The translations under genes were made by a program, and so were the position numbers. Below the pieces are notes generated by a model, which had not been told where the DNA came from, did not search any database, and worked only from the letters and a program-made list of their open reading frames with translations. Positions 28,967-38,576 of a stretch of DNA of 64,000 bases are shown here, one piece after another. Within the stretch, counting starts at the first letter, position 1, and each line of letters begins with the position of its first letter. The DNA is from Erysipelotrichaceae bacterium (GTDB taxonomy: Bacteria; Bacillota_I; Bacilli_A; RFN20; CAG-826). The DNA lies in the NCBI GenBank assembly GCA_012837435.1, contig DURD01000007.1, forward strand, positions 11,445 through 75,444. The letters run 5' to 3'.

Positions 28967-29555
28967 AATTATCTCCTATTTAAAATCATTCTTTCGGTCT
29001 TTTATCTGGCTCTTTATACTTTTGCTTGCTTTAGATATTATCACTAAGCAACTAGTTTTAAGCGCTAATGTTTCGCCCGGTTCTACCATTTACGATTGGG
29101 GAATTGTCCGCATTAGTTTTGTCTTAAATAATAATGCCGCTTTCGGCATCGGTTTTGAGGATCCACAAATCTCTAGAATCGTATATCTTGTTGCTTCTTC
29201 GATTATAACCATCGCTATTTTGATCTATTTAATTGTCAAAAGAAAAGAAACTAAATTAATCGTTAGAGCTTCTTTAGTTTTAGTTATCACTGGGGCCATC
29301 GGCAATATGATTGACCGTATCTTTTATGGACCAGATTATGCCGTCGTGGACTGGATTGATTTTTATTGGTTTTGGCCTTTTAATTTTAATATCGCTGACT
29401 CTTGTATCGTCGTCGGAACCTTTATGCTCATCATTTACGTTGTGATTTACGAAGTGAAAGATATGATAAAAGAAAGAAAACTTAATGAAGAAAAGACTTT
29501 ATCGACTAGAGAAAAAGAACGCTTGGCTAAGCAAGATGAAGAAAAAGATAAATAA
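28953..29555 (+). CDS. lspA: Lipoprotein signal peptidase II
   Basis: LspA motifs: NNNAAFGIGF, GNMIDR, VVDWIDF and FNIADSCIVVG. It overlaps the ileS 3' end, as in the conserved ileS-lspA arrangement. Confidence 0.85.
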   Translation: MVKSKIISYLKSFFRSFIWLFILLLALDIITKQLVLSANVSPGSTIYDWGIVRISFVLNNNAAFGIGFEDPQISRIVYLVASSIITIAILIYLIVKRKETKLIVRASLVLVITGAIGNMIDRIFYGPDYAVVDWIDFYWFWPFNFNIADSCIVVGTFMLIIYVVIYEVKDMIKERKLNEEKTLSTREKERLAKQDEEKDK

Positions 29556-29557
29556 CT

Positions 29558-30460
29558 ATGAAAAAATTCATCGTTTCATTTAAAGAAAGTGGGTTAAGAC
29601 TGGACAAAGCTCTTTCAGTTTTAAATCCCGCATTATCGAGAAGTTATATCGCCTCCATTCTTAAAGAAGGAAAAATCTTAGTGAACAATAAAAGAGAAAA
29701 AGCTTCCTACAAAGTCAAAGAAAACGATGAAATAATTTTAGAAGATATTCCCATTAGTAAAAGCGATATCAAAAAAGAAGATATACCTTTAGATATCGTG
29801 TATGAAGACGATGATATTCTAATTATCAATAAACCTCAAGGAATGGTCGTCCATCCCGCGAATGTCTATTCTTCTGGAACATTAGTAAACGCTCTATTAT
29901 ATCGAGAAGACAAACTCTCTACGATAAACGGTGTCGTTCGTCCTGGCATTGTGCACCGCCTTGACAAAGATACTTCTGGTTTATTGTGCGTCGCTAAAAA
30001 TGATAATGCCCATCAATTTTTGTCTAGACAACTCCAAAATCGCACGATGAGTCGAGAATATATCGCGCTTGTGCGCGGTGTCATTAAAGAAAATAGTGGG
30101 ACGATTGAAATGCCGATAGGACGCGATCCAAAGAATCGCCAAAAAATGGCCGCACTTAAAGAAGGAAAACCGGCGATTACTAACTTTGTGGTATTAAAAA
30201 GATATCAAGAACATACTCTAGTAAAGTGCCAATTAGTTTCTGGTCGCACCCATCAAATTAGAGTGCATTTAAGCACTATCGGCTATCCGATTGAAGGCGA
30301 CTCTTTATATGTGGGCAAGGGTTACGATAAACTCTATAAAAAAGGACAGTTATTAACCGCCTACAAATTAAAATTAATCCATCCTAGCACTAAAAAAGAA
30401 ATGGTATTTGAAATCGATATTCCTCAATATTTTAATGAGGTTCTTAAGACTCTAGAATAA
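29558..30460 (+). CDS. rluD: 23S rRNA pseudouridine synthase, RluA family (RluD-like)
   Basis: An S4-like N-terminus and the catalytic motif HRLDKDTSGLL. The lspA-rluD order is conserved. Confidence 0.85.
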   Translation: MKKFIVSFKESGLRLDKALSVLNPALSRSYIASILKEGKILVNNKREKASYKVKENDEIILEDIPISKSDIKKEDIPLDIVYEDDDILIINKPQGMVVHPANVYSSGTLVNALLYREDKLSTINGVVRPGIVHRLDKDTSGLLCVAKNDNAHQFLSRQLQNRTMSREYIALVRGVIKENSGTIEMPIGRDPKNRQKMAALKEGKPAITNFVVLKRYQEHTLVKCQLVSGRTHQIRVHLSTIGYPIEGDSLYVGKGYDKLYKKGQLLTAYKLKLIHPSTKKEMVFEIDIPQYFNEVLKTLE

Positions 30461-30620
30461 AAAAGTATAGTTGAACTGATAACCAGGAAACAAATAATAG
30501 CGTAGTCATCAAACACTGATAACTGCGTTTTTTTATGGCTTATTATTCCGTTATAAATGACATGGCTAGTCGAATTTTATTTATTTTGTAAAGAAATTTT
30601 CTGATTGAACAAGATTTATT

Positions 30621-31979
30621 TTACAAGCAAAACGTCATGTAAGCGGGTATACAAATTATGCCATTTTCCCTAATTGATAGATTTTTCGGATGAATGATAT
30701 ACGATTTATCTATTCGATGTTTGTAGATATCCATAAATAAATCTAGAGAATTAGTTTTATACGATTTAGACGACTTTACTTCAATCGGTATTATTTTGTT
30801 AGTGGTTTTACTTCCAGTAGATAAAATAAAATCAATTTCAATATCATTACGGCGTTTTTGTTCGGAATATCGCGTGTAAAAATATAGTTTATGACCATTA
30901 GCAACAAGCATTTGAGCAATGACATTTTCGTAGAGCATACCTTTATTTACTGATAAGCGGCCAGATAATATTTCTTGAAATAAATTAACATCGGCGTCTT
31001 TGTTATCATCAAAGGCGTGCGTTACGAGCAACCCCGTGTCTCCTAAATAACATTTAATATAAGACCTTTTTTCGTTCAAGGACAGTCCCACATTCGGGTC
31101 TGTGCATAAGAAACATTCATTGCATATCATTGAATCAGCTAGCCAAAAAAATGTCTCTTCATAATCAAGAGCGTTATCTGACGAGGAGATAGAGCTAATT
31201 TTCACTCGTTTTTCATGTTGAGATAAAAAGGCGGGTATTTGGTCAAAAATCGATAGTACCTTCGCTTTATACATCCGATCAATTTTATTGATATCGTCAC
31301 GATATGTTTCTAAAATATCTTTTTTTTCAATTTCGCATTCAGTAAACTGCTGCTTGTTTTTTAAAAAAACATCTACGACTTTAGGCATCCCTCCAACCAG
31401 CATATATTTTTTGAACAACAACATCGCTTTCCGATGAAGAGGATTGATTAATGGCTTTTGTTCTTTAAAGCAAGTTTTTATATAATCAATCAACAAATGT
31501 TCGCCTAGCGCCCATCCAAACTCTTCAAAATCCATGGGATACATTTTAATTTTTCGTTCTTCCGAAGGTATCAAAATATTTTTGGTGTTTTCTTTTATCG
31601 AAATTAATGAGCCCGTTTCAATATAATCATATCGTCCATCTTTAACTAAATGCTTAATGGCTTCGCGTGCTTTAGGGAAGAGTTGAATCTCATCTAAAAT
31701 AATGACTGATTGCCTTTCAAATAGTGGAGTGGCGTATTCGACGGACAGCAACATAAATAACGAATCCAAATCATCTAAGAAATTATTGAAGGCGTTTTTA
31801 ATTGATAATGAGGCCTTTGAAAAATCAATCAGTATATAGGACTTGTAATTGTTTTTAGCAAACTCTTCCACAATGGTTGACTTGCCAATTCTTCTAGCGC
31901 CTTCAATTAAAATTGCTTTTTCGCCATTTGCGGTCTTTTTCCAGTTCAATAACTGGTCATATATTTTTCTTTTAAACAT
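30621..31979 (-). CDS. AAA+ ATPase of the AAA_14/DUF4143 family
   Basis: A Walker A motif (GARRIGKST) near the N-terminus. The 450-aa architecture is typical of the AAA_14+DUF4143 proteins of Firmicutes. Confidence 0.55.
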   Translation of the reverse strand: MFKRKIYDQLLNWKKTANGEKAILIEGARRIGKSTIVEEFAKNNYKSYILIDFSKASLSIKNAFNNFLDDLDSLFMLLSVEYATPLFERQSVIILDEIQLFPKAREAIKHLVKDGRYDYIETGSLISIKENTKNILIPSEERKIKMYPMDFEEFGWALGEHLLIDYIKTCFKEQKPLINPLHRKAMLLFKKYMLVGGMPKVVDVFLKNKQQFTECEIEKKDILETYRDDINKIDRMYKAKVLSIFDQIPAFLSQHEKRVKISSISSSDNALDYEETFFWLADSMICNECFLCTDPNVGLSLNEKRSYIKCYLGDTGLLVTHAFDDNKDADVNLFQEILSGRLSVNKGMLYENVIAQMLVANGHKLYFYTRYSEQKRRNDIEIDFILSTGSKTTNKIIPIEVKSSKSYKTNSLDLFMDIYKHRIDKSYIIHPKNLSIRENGIICIPAYMTFCL

Positions 31980-32022
31980 AATGATATTCTCTTTCTGAAC
32001 AGCAGTATTTTAGCACGCCTTT

Positions 32023-32121
32023 AGAAAAAACGCAATCATCAAAACTCGAGTTTTACCGGAAAAACGCAATCATCGAAACTAGAGTTTTACCGGAAAAACG
32101 CAATCGTTCGATAGTTTCAAG
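32023..32121. repeat. About 35-bp tandem direct repeat, about 2.8 copies, each unit carrying a palindromic core (AAAACTCGAGTTTT / GAAACTAGAGTTT)
   Basis: Units at 32023-32057, 32058-32091 and a degenerate third at 32092-32121. Located in the promoter region of the DUF4143 ATPase gene. Confidence 0.7.
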
Positions 32122-32173
32122 ACAGACTTTTTAAGTTTTTTTATTGTTTAACCACGAGATAAAATAAAGTGTC

Positions 32174-32956
32174 TCAGATAGTATAATCTTCTAAATGATT
32201 AAGTTGATATTTTTCAATTAATTCAAAAACAAAGTCGATATCGTTATCGAATTCACTCGGATGATGGGCGTCATAGCCAGCGACCACTTCGACTTGATAT
32301 TCTCCAGCGATCTTCCAAAACTCTTCACAAGGATAAATCAAACGTTCATAGCCGTCTTTCCAATACTTTTTCGCATGGATATTGATTTCTAAAGGGATAT
32401 GATTTTTGACCGCTTCTTCGCAGATCATTTTGGAAACAATTTCGCAATCTTTATTCCATTTTTTAAACATCGTGACAAATAAATCTGGATGCGCGACATA
32501 TTTAAATAAACCGCTTCTCATTCCCCGAATTAGGTAATCAGCGTAAGAATATAGTTCTTCGATATCATCTCTAAAGTTTTTAATATATTTGGGATTATCA
32601 CTTTTATCAAAATTAAAGTGTTGTCCGAGAATTAAGAAATCAATCGCTTTGGAAGATAATAAATCCTTATAATAATCGATAAACCTTTCCGAGTATTCCG
32701 CTTCTAGACCCACTTTAATAGCAATGGTGTCCTTATATTTTTCTTTAAGATGATGGGTGGAAGCGAGATAGTCATCTAATAAAGAATAATCTCCGCGGGA
32801 GTGAACTTGTTTGATGCCGGGAAGCATCGCGTGATCAGAAAAACCAAAACGCTTAATTCCAATCTTAATCGCGCTTTTGACATAGTCTTCATCTTCCCCA
32901 GAGGCATGACCACAGCGGTAGGTGTGGGTATGGTAACAATAATCTAATTTATTCAT
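32174..32956 (-). CDS. PHP-domain phosphoesterase (histidinol-phosphatase HisJ/YcdX-like family)
   Basis: N-terminal YHTHTYRCGHA plus later His/Asp metal ligands (FSDHAM, GYDAHH). Confidence 0.6.
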   Translation of the reverse strand: MNKLDYCYHTHTYRCGHASGEDEDYVKSAIKIGIKRFGFSDHAMLPGIKQVHSRGDYSLLDDYLASTHHLKEKYKDTIAIKVGLEAEYSERFIDYYKDLLSSKAIDFLILGQHFNFDKSDNPKYIKNFRDDIEELYSYADYLIRGMRSGLFKYVAHPDLFVTMFKKWNKDCEIVSKMICEEAVKNHIPLEINIHAKKYWKDGYERLIYPCEEFWKIAGEYQVEVVAGYDAHHPSEFDNDIDFVFELIEKYQLNHLEDYTI

Positions 32957-33872
32957 TTTCTTTCAAATTTTTATAATTAGCAAAGTTTTGCTTGCAGATT
33001 TTAGCGAATTCTTTTTCGCCAAATTTAGCGATAAATCTCTTGGCAAAATCATCCGCAGTTTTTCCCGCGCCAAAAGGGAAAGCCATCTGATATTTCTTTT
33101 CTAATTTCTCTTTTTCCACTAAAAAGGCATAACGCGCGACGATGCTAGCTAGAGCGACGCATGGATAATAGGTCTCGCCTTTAGTTTTAAAGGTTACGTT
33201 AAGAACTTTAGGTTCCTGAGGATCGTTCAAATAAGAAAAATATTTACTTTCACCGACAAATTGATCGATAAAGATGTGTTTGGTATCAGGAAACTTCTTA
33301 AACATATTGAGCAAAGCGCGGTTGTGCATCTTAGCCTTCACAGAGTTGAGATTTTCTCCTTTAGCGATCACTTTATTATAATGGTCGTTGCTAAGTGTCA
33401 ACTTCGAGACTGAAAAAACTTTGAGCAGTGGGGGGACCATTTCTTTAATCTTTTCATCAGAGATTTTTTTGCTATCGTTGACGCCATATTGATCTAATAT
33501 CTTGATATCTTTACCTCTTACAAAAGCAGCGACCACGATTAAGGGTAAGACAAAATCACCGACCCCGACTTCGTCGCTACCGATTTGATTAGCGTAACAT
33601 AGCCAATCGGGTTTGCCCCCAGTGGCCTTTTCTATCGTTTTAATTTCGATGTCTTCTTTCCATTTTAAAGCTTCGCTAGAAGCCTCTTGACCGATAAAGG
33701 TAGCTTTATGATTTCCTTTTTTGTTTTCGTAAATGGTAATCACAACTTGATTAAAAATGGCTTGAAAAACGATGTATTCCCCATCGTTTAATCTTTGATA
33801 AGTTTGATAATACTCAATAATTTCATCAACTTGTTCTTTAGAAATAGCGAACGATACCGTCTCTTTACTCAT
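32949..33872 (-). CDS. rnhC: Ribonuclease HIII
   Basis: An N-terminal TBP-like domain followed by an RNase HII-fold with GSDEVGVGD. It is divergent from mutS2, as in Bacillus. Confidence 0.75.
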   Translation of the reverse strand: MSKETVSFAISKEQVDEIIEYYQTYQRLNDGEYIVFQAIFNQVVITIYENKKGNHKATFIGQEASSEALKWKEDIEIKTIEKATGGKPDWLCYANQIGSDEVGVGDFVLPLIVVAAFVRGKDIKILDQYGVNDSKKISDEKIKEMVPPLLKVFSVSKLTLSNDHYNKVIAKGENLNSVKAKMHNRALLNMFKKFPDTKHIFIDQFVGESKYFSYLNDPQEPKVLNVTFKTKGETYYPCVALASIVARYAFLVEKEKLEKKYQMAFPFGAGKTADDFAKRFIAKFGEKEFAKICKQNFANYKNLKENE

Positions 33873-33932
33873 GAAAGTATCATAACACTTTTAGGGTATA
33901 AAAAGCATTTTTTATTATGCTAAAATGTTCTC

Positions 33933-36245
33933 ATGCAAGATATCTATTTAACATTTGAATTCGATAAGATAAAAGAACATCTAGTGGCCTACAATAAAAC
34001 AGAGTTAGGAAAACTCTATAGTAAAGAACTAAAGAAGCTTCCTAATTTCGAATCGATCGAAAATTCTTTACTAGATTTAAAGGAAATCAGTTCGATTATC
34101 GTGAGGTTTGGGCCTTTACCTATTGTTAGTTCTGCGAACGCTTTAAAGCTCATCGAAATCGCGAAAAAAACTGCTTTACTAACCCCAAGAGACTTAAATC
34201 TCATCGCCGAAGATGTTTTAACCATCGTTAAGATTTCAGCGTTTCTTAAGAAAATTGATAGCGCTAACTATCCCCGTATTAACAACTTAACTAATGGCTT
34301 TATCGATTTATCTAATCTCGAAAAAGAAATCCATCGCGTTATCACTCGGTCTTTAACAATTGCCGATAACGCTACTCCTGAACTCCTTCAAATTAGAAAT
34401 AAATTAAAAAAAGCTGAAGACAATTTGCAATCTAAAATCGCTTCTTTAGCTTTCCAATATGCTAAATACTTAAACGATGATAATTTTACCATTCGCGATG
34501 GGCACTTTGTTTTACCGGTTAAAACGACAGAGAAAAGCCGAGTTAACGGCGTTATCTACGATGTTTCTGATACCGGTAATACCACCTTCATCGAGCCTCT
34601 AGAAATCGTTCAATTAAATAATGAGATTACTTCCTTAAAGGTCGAAGAAAATGAAGAAGTCAGAAAGATATTAAAAGCTTTAACCGCTTTAGTGCTCCTC
34701 CAAGAAAAAGAAATTATTACTAATAATAAGATTATCGCAGAGCTAGATTTTTTAAGTGCGAAAGCCCTGTACGCTAATGAGATAAACGCAGAAATTGCGA
34801 CCTGTAGCACCGAACAAATCATCGATTTAAAAGAAGCTAGACACCCTTTAATCGATGCTTCTAAGGTCGTAGCTAATTCCTTTTATCTCGATGAAGATAA
34901 ACCCATCATCATTATCTCCGGCCCTAATGCGGGTGGTAAAACGGTGGCTCTAAAAACTGTGGGGCTCTTAACGCTGATGCATCACTCAGCTCTTGCGGTA
35001 CCCGCCCTTAAAGCGACTATCGGTTATTTTAAAAATATCTATATCGATATCGGTGACAATCAATCCTTATCCGATAACTTATCGACCTTCTCCGCCCATG
35101 TTAGCCAAATCGGAGAGATTGTTCGCGTAGTGGGCGCGAAAGATTTAGTGTTACTAGATGAATTAGGGACAGGAACTGATCCCCGAGAAGGTGAATCGCT
35201 CGCCGTCTCTATCACTAAATACTTAGAATCAAAACGCTGCTTAGTTTTGATTTCTTCGCATTTTAACGCCCTAAAAGAATACGCCTTTATCTCTTTGAAA
35301 ATATCTAACGGCAGCATGATTTTTGATGAGCACAATCTCGCACCTACTTATCGCTTTAAACAAGGGGTACCAGGTAAAAGCTATGCTTTAGAAGTGGCGA
35401 GTAGGTACGGAATGGATTCTAAGATTATTAAGGAAGCGCAGATCTTTTTAGAAAGTCATCAGCAAAATGAAACCGCTGAACTCTTAGACATCTTACAGCG
35501 GAAAATCGAAGAAACTGATCAATTACAGTTCTCCTTAAACCAAAAAGAATCTGAGATCAATAAAAGAGAAAAGCAACTTTCTAACGCCGAAACGATTTTT
35601 GAAAATCGCCGCGAAAATTTACTAAAAGATGTCAAAATAGAGAAAGCTAAGTTAATCGCTGAAACTAAAAAAGAGATTTCGGAAATTATCAGTAAACTAC
35701 ATCACACCGATTTAAAAGTTCACGAAGTCATCGAACTTAAAAAAGATTTAGAAAAGTTAGAAGAAATTGAAGAAGAAGAAATCTTTGATGAAGATATAAA
35801 GCTCCACGATTACGTGGCTATTCCTAGCATGAATATCGTTGGTAAAGTGACGAGAATAAAAGGCGAAAAAGTCCATATCGTTTCCGATAGCGGCTTCACT
35901 TTCGATGTCGCTAAAAATAAGTTACAAAAAATTAATGCCCCAAAAACTAAACCCTCGAAAGTTAGAAAGGTTAGTGATAGTGAGCCTTTAATCAACACTA
36001 AGGTCGGAATCGAATTAAATTTAATCGGGATGCGCGTTGAAGAAGCGAGAAATACTTTAATCAAATATTTAGATAATTGTCGAATCAAACGCTTCACTCA
36101 GGTGAGAATCATCCATGGCTTCGGTAGTGGGGCTCTTCGCCAACTAGTGAGAAACTATTTAAAAACCCAAAAAGACTTAACTTATCGTCCCGGGGGAGAA
36201 TACGAAGGCGGTGGAGGGTGCACCGTAGTAATGTTTAACCCATGA
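33933..36245 (+). CDS. mutS2: Endonuclease MutS2
   Basis: Walker A (GPNAGGKT), a long coiled-coil and a C-terminal Smr domain (VRIIHGFGSGALR). Confidence 0.9.
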   Translation: MQDIYLTFEFDKIKEHLVAYNKTELGKLYSKELKKLPNFESIENSLLDLKEISSIIVRFGPLPIVSSANALKLIEIAKKTALLTPRDLNLIAEDVLTIVKISAFLKKIDSANYPRINNLTNGFIDLSNLEKEIHRVITRSLTIADNATPELLQIRNKLKKAEDNLQSKIASLAFQYAKYLNDDNFTIRDGHFVLPVKTTEKSRVNGVIYDVSDTGNTTFIEPLEIVQLNNEITSLKVEENEEVRKILKALTALVLLQEKEIITNNKIIAELDFLSAKALYANEINAEIATCSTEQIIDLKEARHPLIDASKVVANSFYLDEDKPIIIISGPNAGGKTVALKTVGLLTLMHHSALAVPALKATIGYFKNIYIDIGDNQSLSDNLSTFSAHVSQIGEIVRVVGAKDLVLLDELGTGTDPREGESLAVSITKYLESKRCLVLISSHFNALKEYAFISLKISNGSMIFDEHNLAPTYRFKQGVPGKSYALEVASRYGMDSKIIKEAQIFLESHQQNETAELLDILQRKIEETDQLQFSLNQKESEINKREKQLSNAETIFENRRENLLKDVKIEKAKLIAETKKEISEIISKLHHTDLKVHEVIELKKDLEKLEEIEEEEIFDEDIKLHDYVAIPSMNIVGKVTRIKGEKVHIVSDSGFTFDVAKNKLQKINAPKTKPSKVRKVSDSEPLINTKVGIELNLIGMRVEEARNTLIKYLDNCRIKRFTQVRIIHGFGSGALRQLVRNYLKTQKDLTYRPGGEYEGGGGCTVVMFNP

Positions 36246-37993
36246 AAGAAAGAATAAAAGTCGGAATCGCTAATTTAAAGCCTCTTCCCGGTGTATATTT
36301 AATGCACGATAAAGATGAGAATATCATCTATATCGGCAAAGCCAAAGATTTATCGAAGAGAGTCCGTCAATATTTCTTGCGTCCTCAATCCGGAAAAGTG
36401 GCCAAGATGGTCTTTGAAACCGCATATTTTGAAACGATTATCACTAATAATGAAAAAGAAGCTTTGATTTTAGAGATGAATCTCATTCAAACCCATTATC
36501 CTAAGTATAATGTTTTATTAAAAGACGATAGCCATTATCCCTATATCGCTTTAAAAAAAGAGGGTTATCCCTATTTGCAGATTAAAAGAAATACCAAAGA
36601 TAAAAAATACGATTACTTCGGACCCTTTCCACGAAGTAGTTCCGCGTACGAAACCATCGATTTACTAAATAAAATCTTTCCCTTAAGAAAGTGTAACCGC
36701 ATACCCCGTAAACCTTGTCTTTATTACGATTTAGGTCAATGTCTCGCTCCGTGCATCAATAAAATCGACGAACCCCTTATTAAGGAAATGAAAGAACAAG
36801 TTAAAGACTTCTTAAAGAGCAACAACCAAAAAGTCATCGCTGACCTCAATAAAAAAATGATGATGGCCAGCGAAAACCTAGACTACGAAAAGGCTCATGA
36901 ATATAAAAAAATATTGGAGGCGATTAATCACATCAACATCAAACAAAATATTGAGCAAATCGATAAAAAGGACCGCGATATCTTCGCATTTAGTAGTAGA
37001 GAAGGTTATCTATCTCTCGCCGTACTTTTGTTCCGTAAAGGTCGGCTCTTAGATAAAAAAAGCTATATCGTCGAACAATTTGATAATAACGAGGAACAAG
37101 TCGCTAATTTAATTTTACAGTTTTATCAAAAAGTTCTGCTCCCTCAAGAAATAGTGATAAATAACGACACTGTTATCGATTTATTAGAAGGGTTAATCGA
37201 CGCAAAAATCTATAGTGTTACCAGAGGTAAATTAATCGATTTACTCTTGAGTGCAAAACAAAACGCTGACAGTGCGATGGATGAATACTTTTTGTCAGCA
37301 AAACTAGATGATAATAAACTAACTCTATTAGAACAATTAGGAAAATTACTAAACATCAAAACACCTTTACGAATAGATTTAATCGATAATTCTCATTTAC
37401 AAGGGTCTTCGCCAGTCGGCGCCGCCGTCGTCTTTATTAACGGCGAACCGGCGAAGAAGTTGTACCGAAAATATAAAATTGAACACGAAGAAGCTAGAGA
37501 TGACTTAAAATCGATGGAAGAAATCGTAATCCGTCGATATTTAAGAATGAAAAACGAAAAACAAACTCTACCCGATCTCCTCCTCGTCGATGGGGGACAT
37601 AATCAAATTCATGCCGCGGATAAGGCTTTAAAAGAAATCGATTTAGATATCCATCTATTTGGTTTAGTTAAAAACACTAAACACCAAACTTCTGGATTGA
37701 TGGATAAAGATGGAAAGGTCTATGAGATTGAAAACAATAATTTATTCTTTTTACTAACAAGAATGCAAGATGAAGTCCATCGTTTCGCTATCTCTTTCCA
37801 TCAATCATTAAGAAGTAAAAAAATGAAATCATCGTTACTAGATGATATCAAAGGATTAGGAGAAAAAAGAAAAGAAATCATCCATAAAGCTTATCCTGAT
37901 ATCCATCTTTTAAAACAAGCTCCCTTAGAAGAATTAAATCAATTATTGCCTCCTTCTGTCGCAAAAGCTCTATACCGTAAACTGCATGATTAA
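36242..37993 (+). CDS. uvrC: Excinuclease ABC subunit C
   Basis: A GIY-YIG N-terminus (PGVYLMHDKDENIIYIGKAKDL), a UvrBC domain, an RNase H-like domain and a C-terminal HhH. Confidence 0.9.
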   Translation: MKERIKVGIANLKPLPGVYLMHDKDENIIYIGKAKDLSKRVRQYFLRPQSGKVAKMVFETAYFETIITNNEKEALILEMNLIQTHYPKYNVLLKDDSHYPYIALKKEGYPYLQIKRNTKDKKYDYFGPFPRSSSAYETIDLLNKIFPLRKCNRIPRKPCLYYDLGQCLAPCINKIDEPLIKEMKEQVKDFLKSNNQKVIADLNKKMMMASENLDYEKAHEYKKILEAINHINIKQNIEQIDKKDRDIFAFSSREGYLSLAVLLFRKGRLLDKKSYIVEQFDNNEEQVANLILQFYQKVLLPQEIVINNDTVIDLLEGLIDAKIYSVTRGKLIDLLLSAKQNADSAMDEYFLSAKLDDNKLTLLEQLGKLLNIKTPLRIDLIDNSHLQGSSPVGAAVVFINGEPAKKLYRKYKIEHEEARDDLKSMEEIVIRRYLRMKNEKQTLPDLLLVDGGHNQIHAADKALKEIDLDIHLFGLVKNTKHQTSGLMDKDGKVYEIENNNLFFLLTRMQDEVHRFAISFHQSLRSKKMKSSLLDDIKGLGEKRKEIIHKAYPDIHLLKQAPLEELNQLLPPSVAKALYRKLHD

Positions 37994-37995
37994 TC

Positions 37996-38024
37996 TTGCT
38001 TATTTCTCTATATTTCTTTATGAT
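37996..38024 (+). promoter_or_regulatory. Sigma-70-like promoter for tRNA-Arg (TTGCTT-N17-TATGAT)
   Basis: Read from the sequence. The -10 hexamer ends about 20 nt before the tRNA 5' end. Confidence 0.5.
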
Positions 38025-38043
38025 ATTATTCGCGCAAGCAAAT

Positions 38044-38120
38044 GTCCTCGTAGCTCAGTTGGACAGAGCAACAGCCTTCTAAGCTGTGGGTCAGGCGTTC
38101 GAGTCGCCTCGAGGATACCA
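38044..38120 (+). tRNA. tRNA-Arg (anticodon UCU), with CCA encoded
   Basis: Manually folded. Acceptor stem GTCCTCG/CGAGGAT (G1-U72 wobble), D-stem GCTC/GAGC, anticodon stem ACAGC/GCTGT with loop CTTCTAA (U33, anticodon TCT, A37), T-stem AGGCG/CGCCT with loop TTCGAGT, and an encoded CCA at the 3' end. Confidence 0.85.
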
Positions 38121-38153
38121 GTTAAAGACGGCACTCCGATGTTTCGGGGGTAA

Positions 38154-38186
38154 ATAGGGGGTTTTGAGAACCAAGCCCCCTTTTTA
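38154..38186 (+). terminator. Terminator-like hairpin after the tRNA (GGGGG/CCCCC stem plus TTTTT)
   Basis: Stem 38157-38161/38176-38180 with a 14-nt loop and a T-run 38181-38185. Confidence 0.45.
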
Positions 38187-38333
38187 TGTGATGTTCTGGC
38201 TCTCAGAAAAACGGAGAACCCTTAAAAATGCGACAATATGTTGAAAATATTAAAGAAAAAGTTTAGATTGTGTTAAACTATTATCAATAAATTTACTATT
38301 AACTTGTAGTGGACTAGAAGGGGGGTACGCTAC

Positions 38334-38576
38334 ATGACTATTAATAACGAACGGGAAGAGCTACACCGAACCATTTGGTGTTTTTCCCATGAACTCATTG
38401 GTAAATCTTATTCCATCACAATGGATAGTTTTTATTGTGCCACTGATAGAATGAGCAAAAACGCATATATAAACCTTGAATCTATCGAAAAAACCTGTTT
38501 GTCGATGGGTTGTAGAATTGAAGATGTGATTGAAATAATTAAAGATGAGGAAAAAAATGATGATAACAATAGATAA
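38334..38576 (+). CDS. Small Cys-containing hypothetical protein (80 aa). It has its own promoter and a strong RBS, and it overlaps the start of the R-M gene.
   Basis: TTGAAA-N17-TAGATT promoter at 38241-38270, an AAGGGGGG RBS and ATG at 38334. The 3' end overlaps the R-M start codon region at 38545-38560 in another frame. No recognisable HTH. Confidence 0.4.
   Translation: MTINNEREELHRTIWCFSHELIGKSYSITMDSFYCATDRMSKNAYINLESIEKTCLSMGCRIEDVIEIIKDEEKNDDNNR

Noticed and set aside
32023-32121. Considered a CRISPR array
   Set aside because: Only about 2.8 contiguous copies with no unique spacers between repeats. The repeat is AT-rich with a palindromic core typical of operators, and there is no cas gene nearby.
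38121-38333. Integrase or attachment-site repeat next to tRNA-Arg
   Set aside because: There is no ORF with recombinase features downstream of the tRNA, and no obvious second copy of the tRNA 3' end was spotted by eye. This still needs a computational search.
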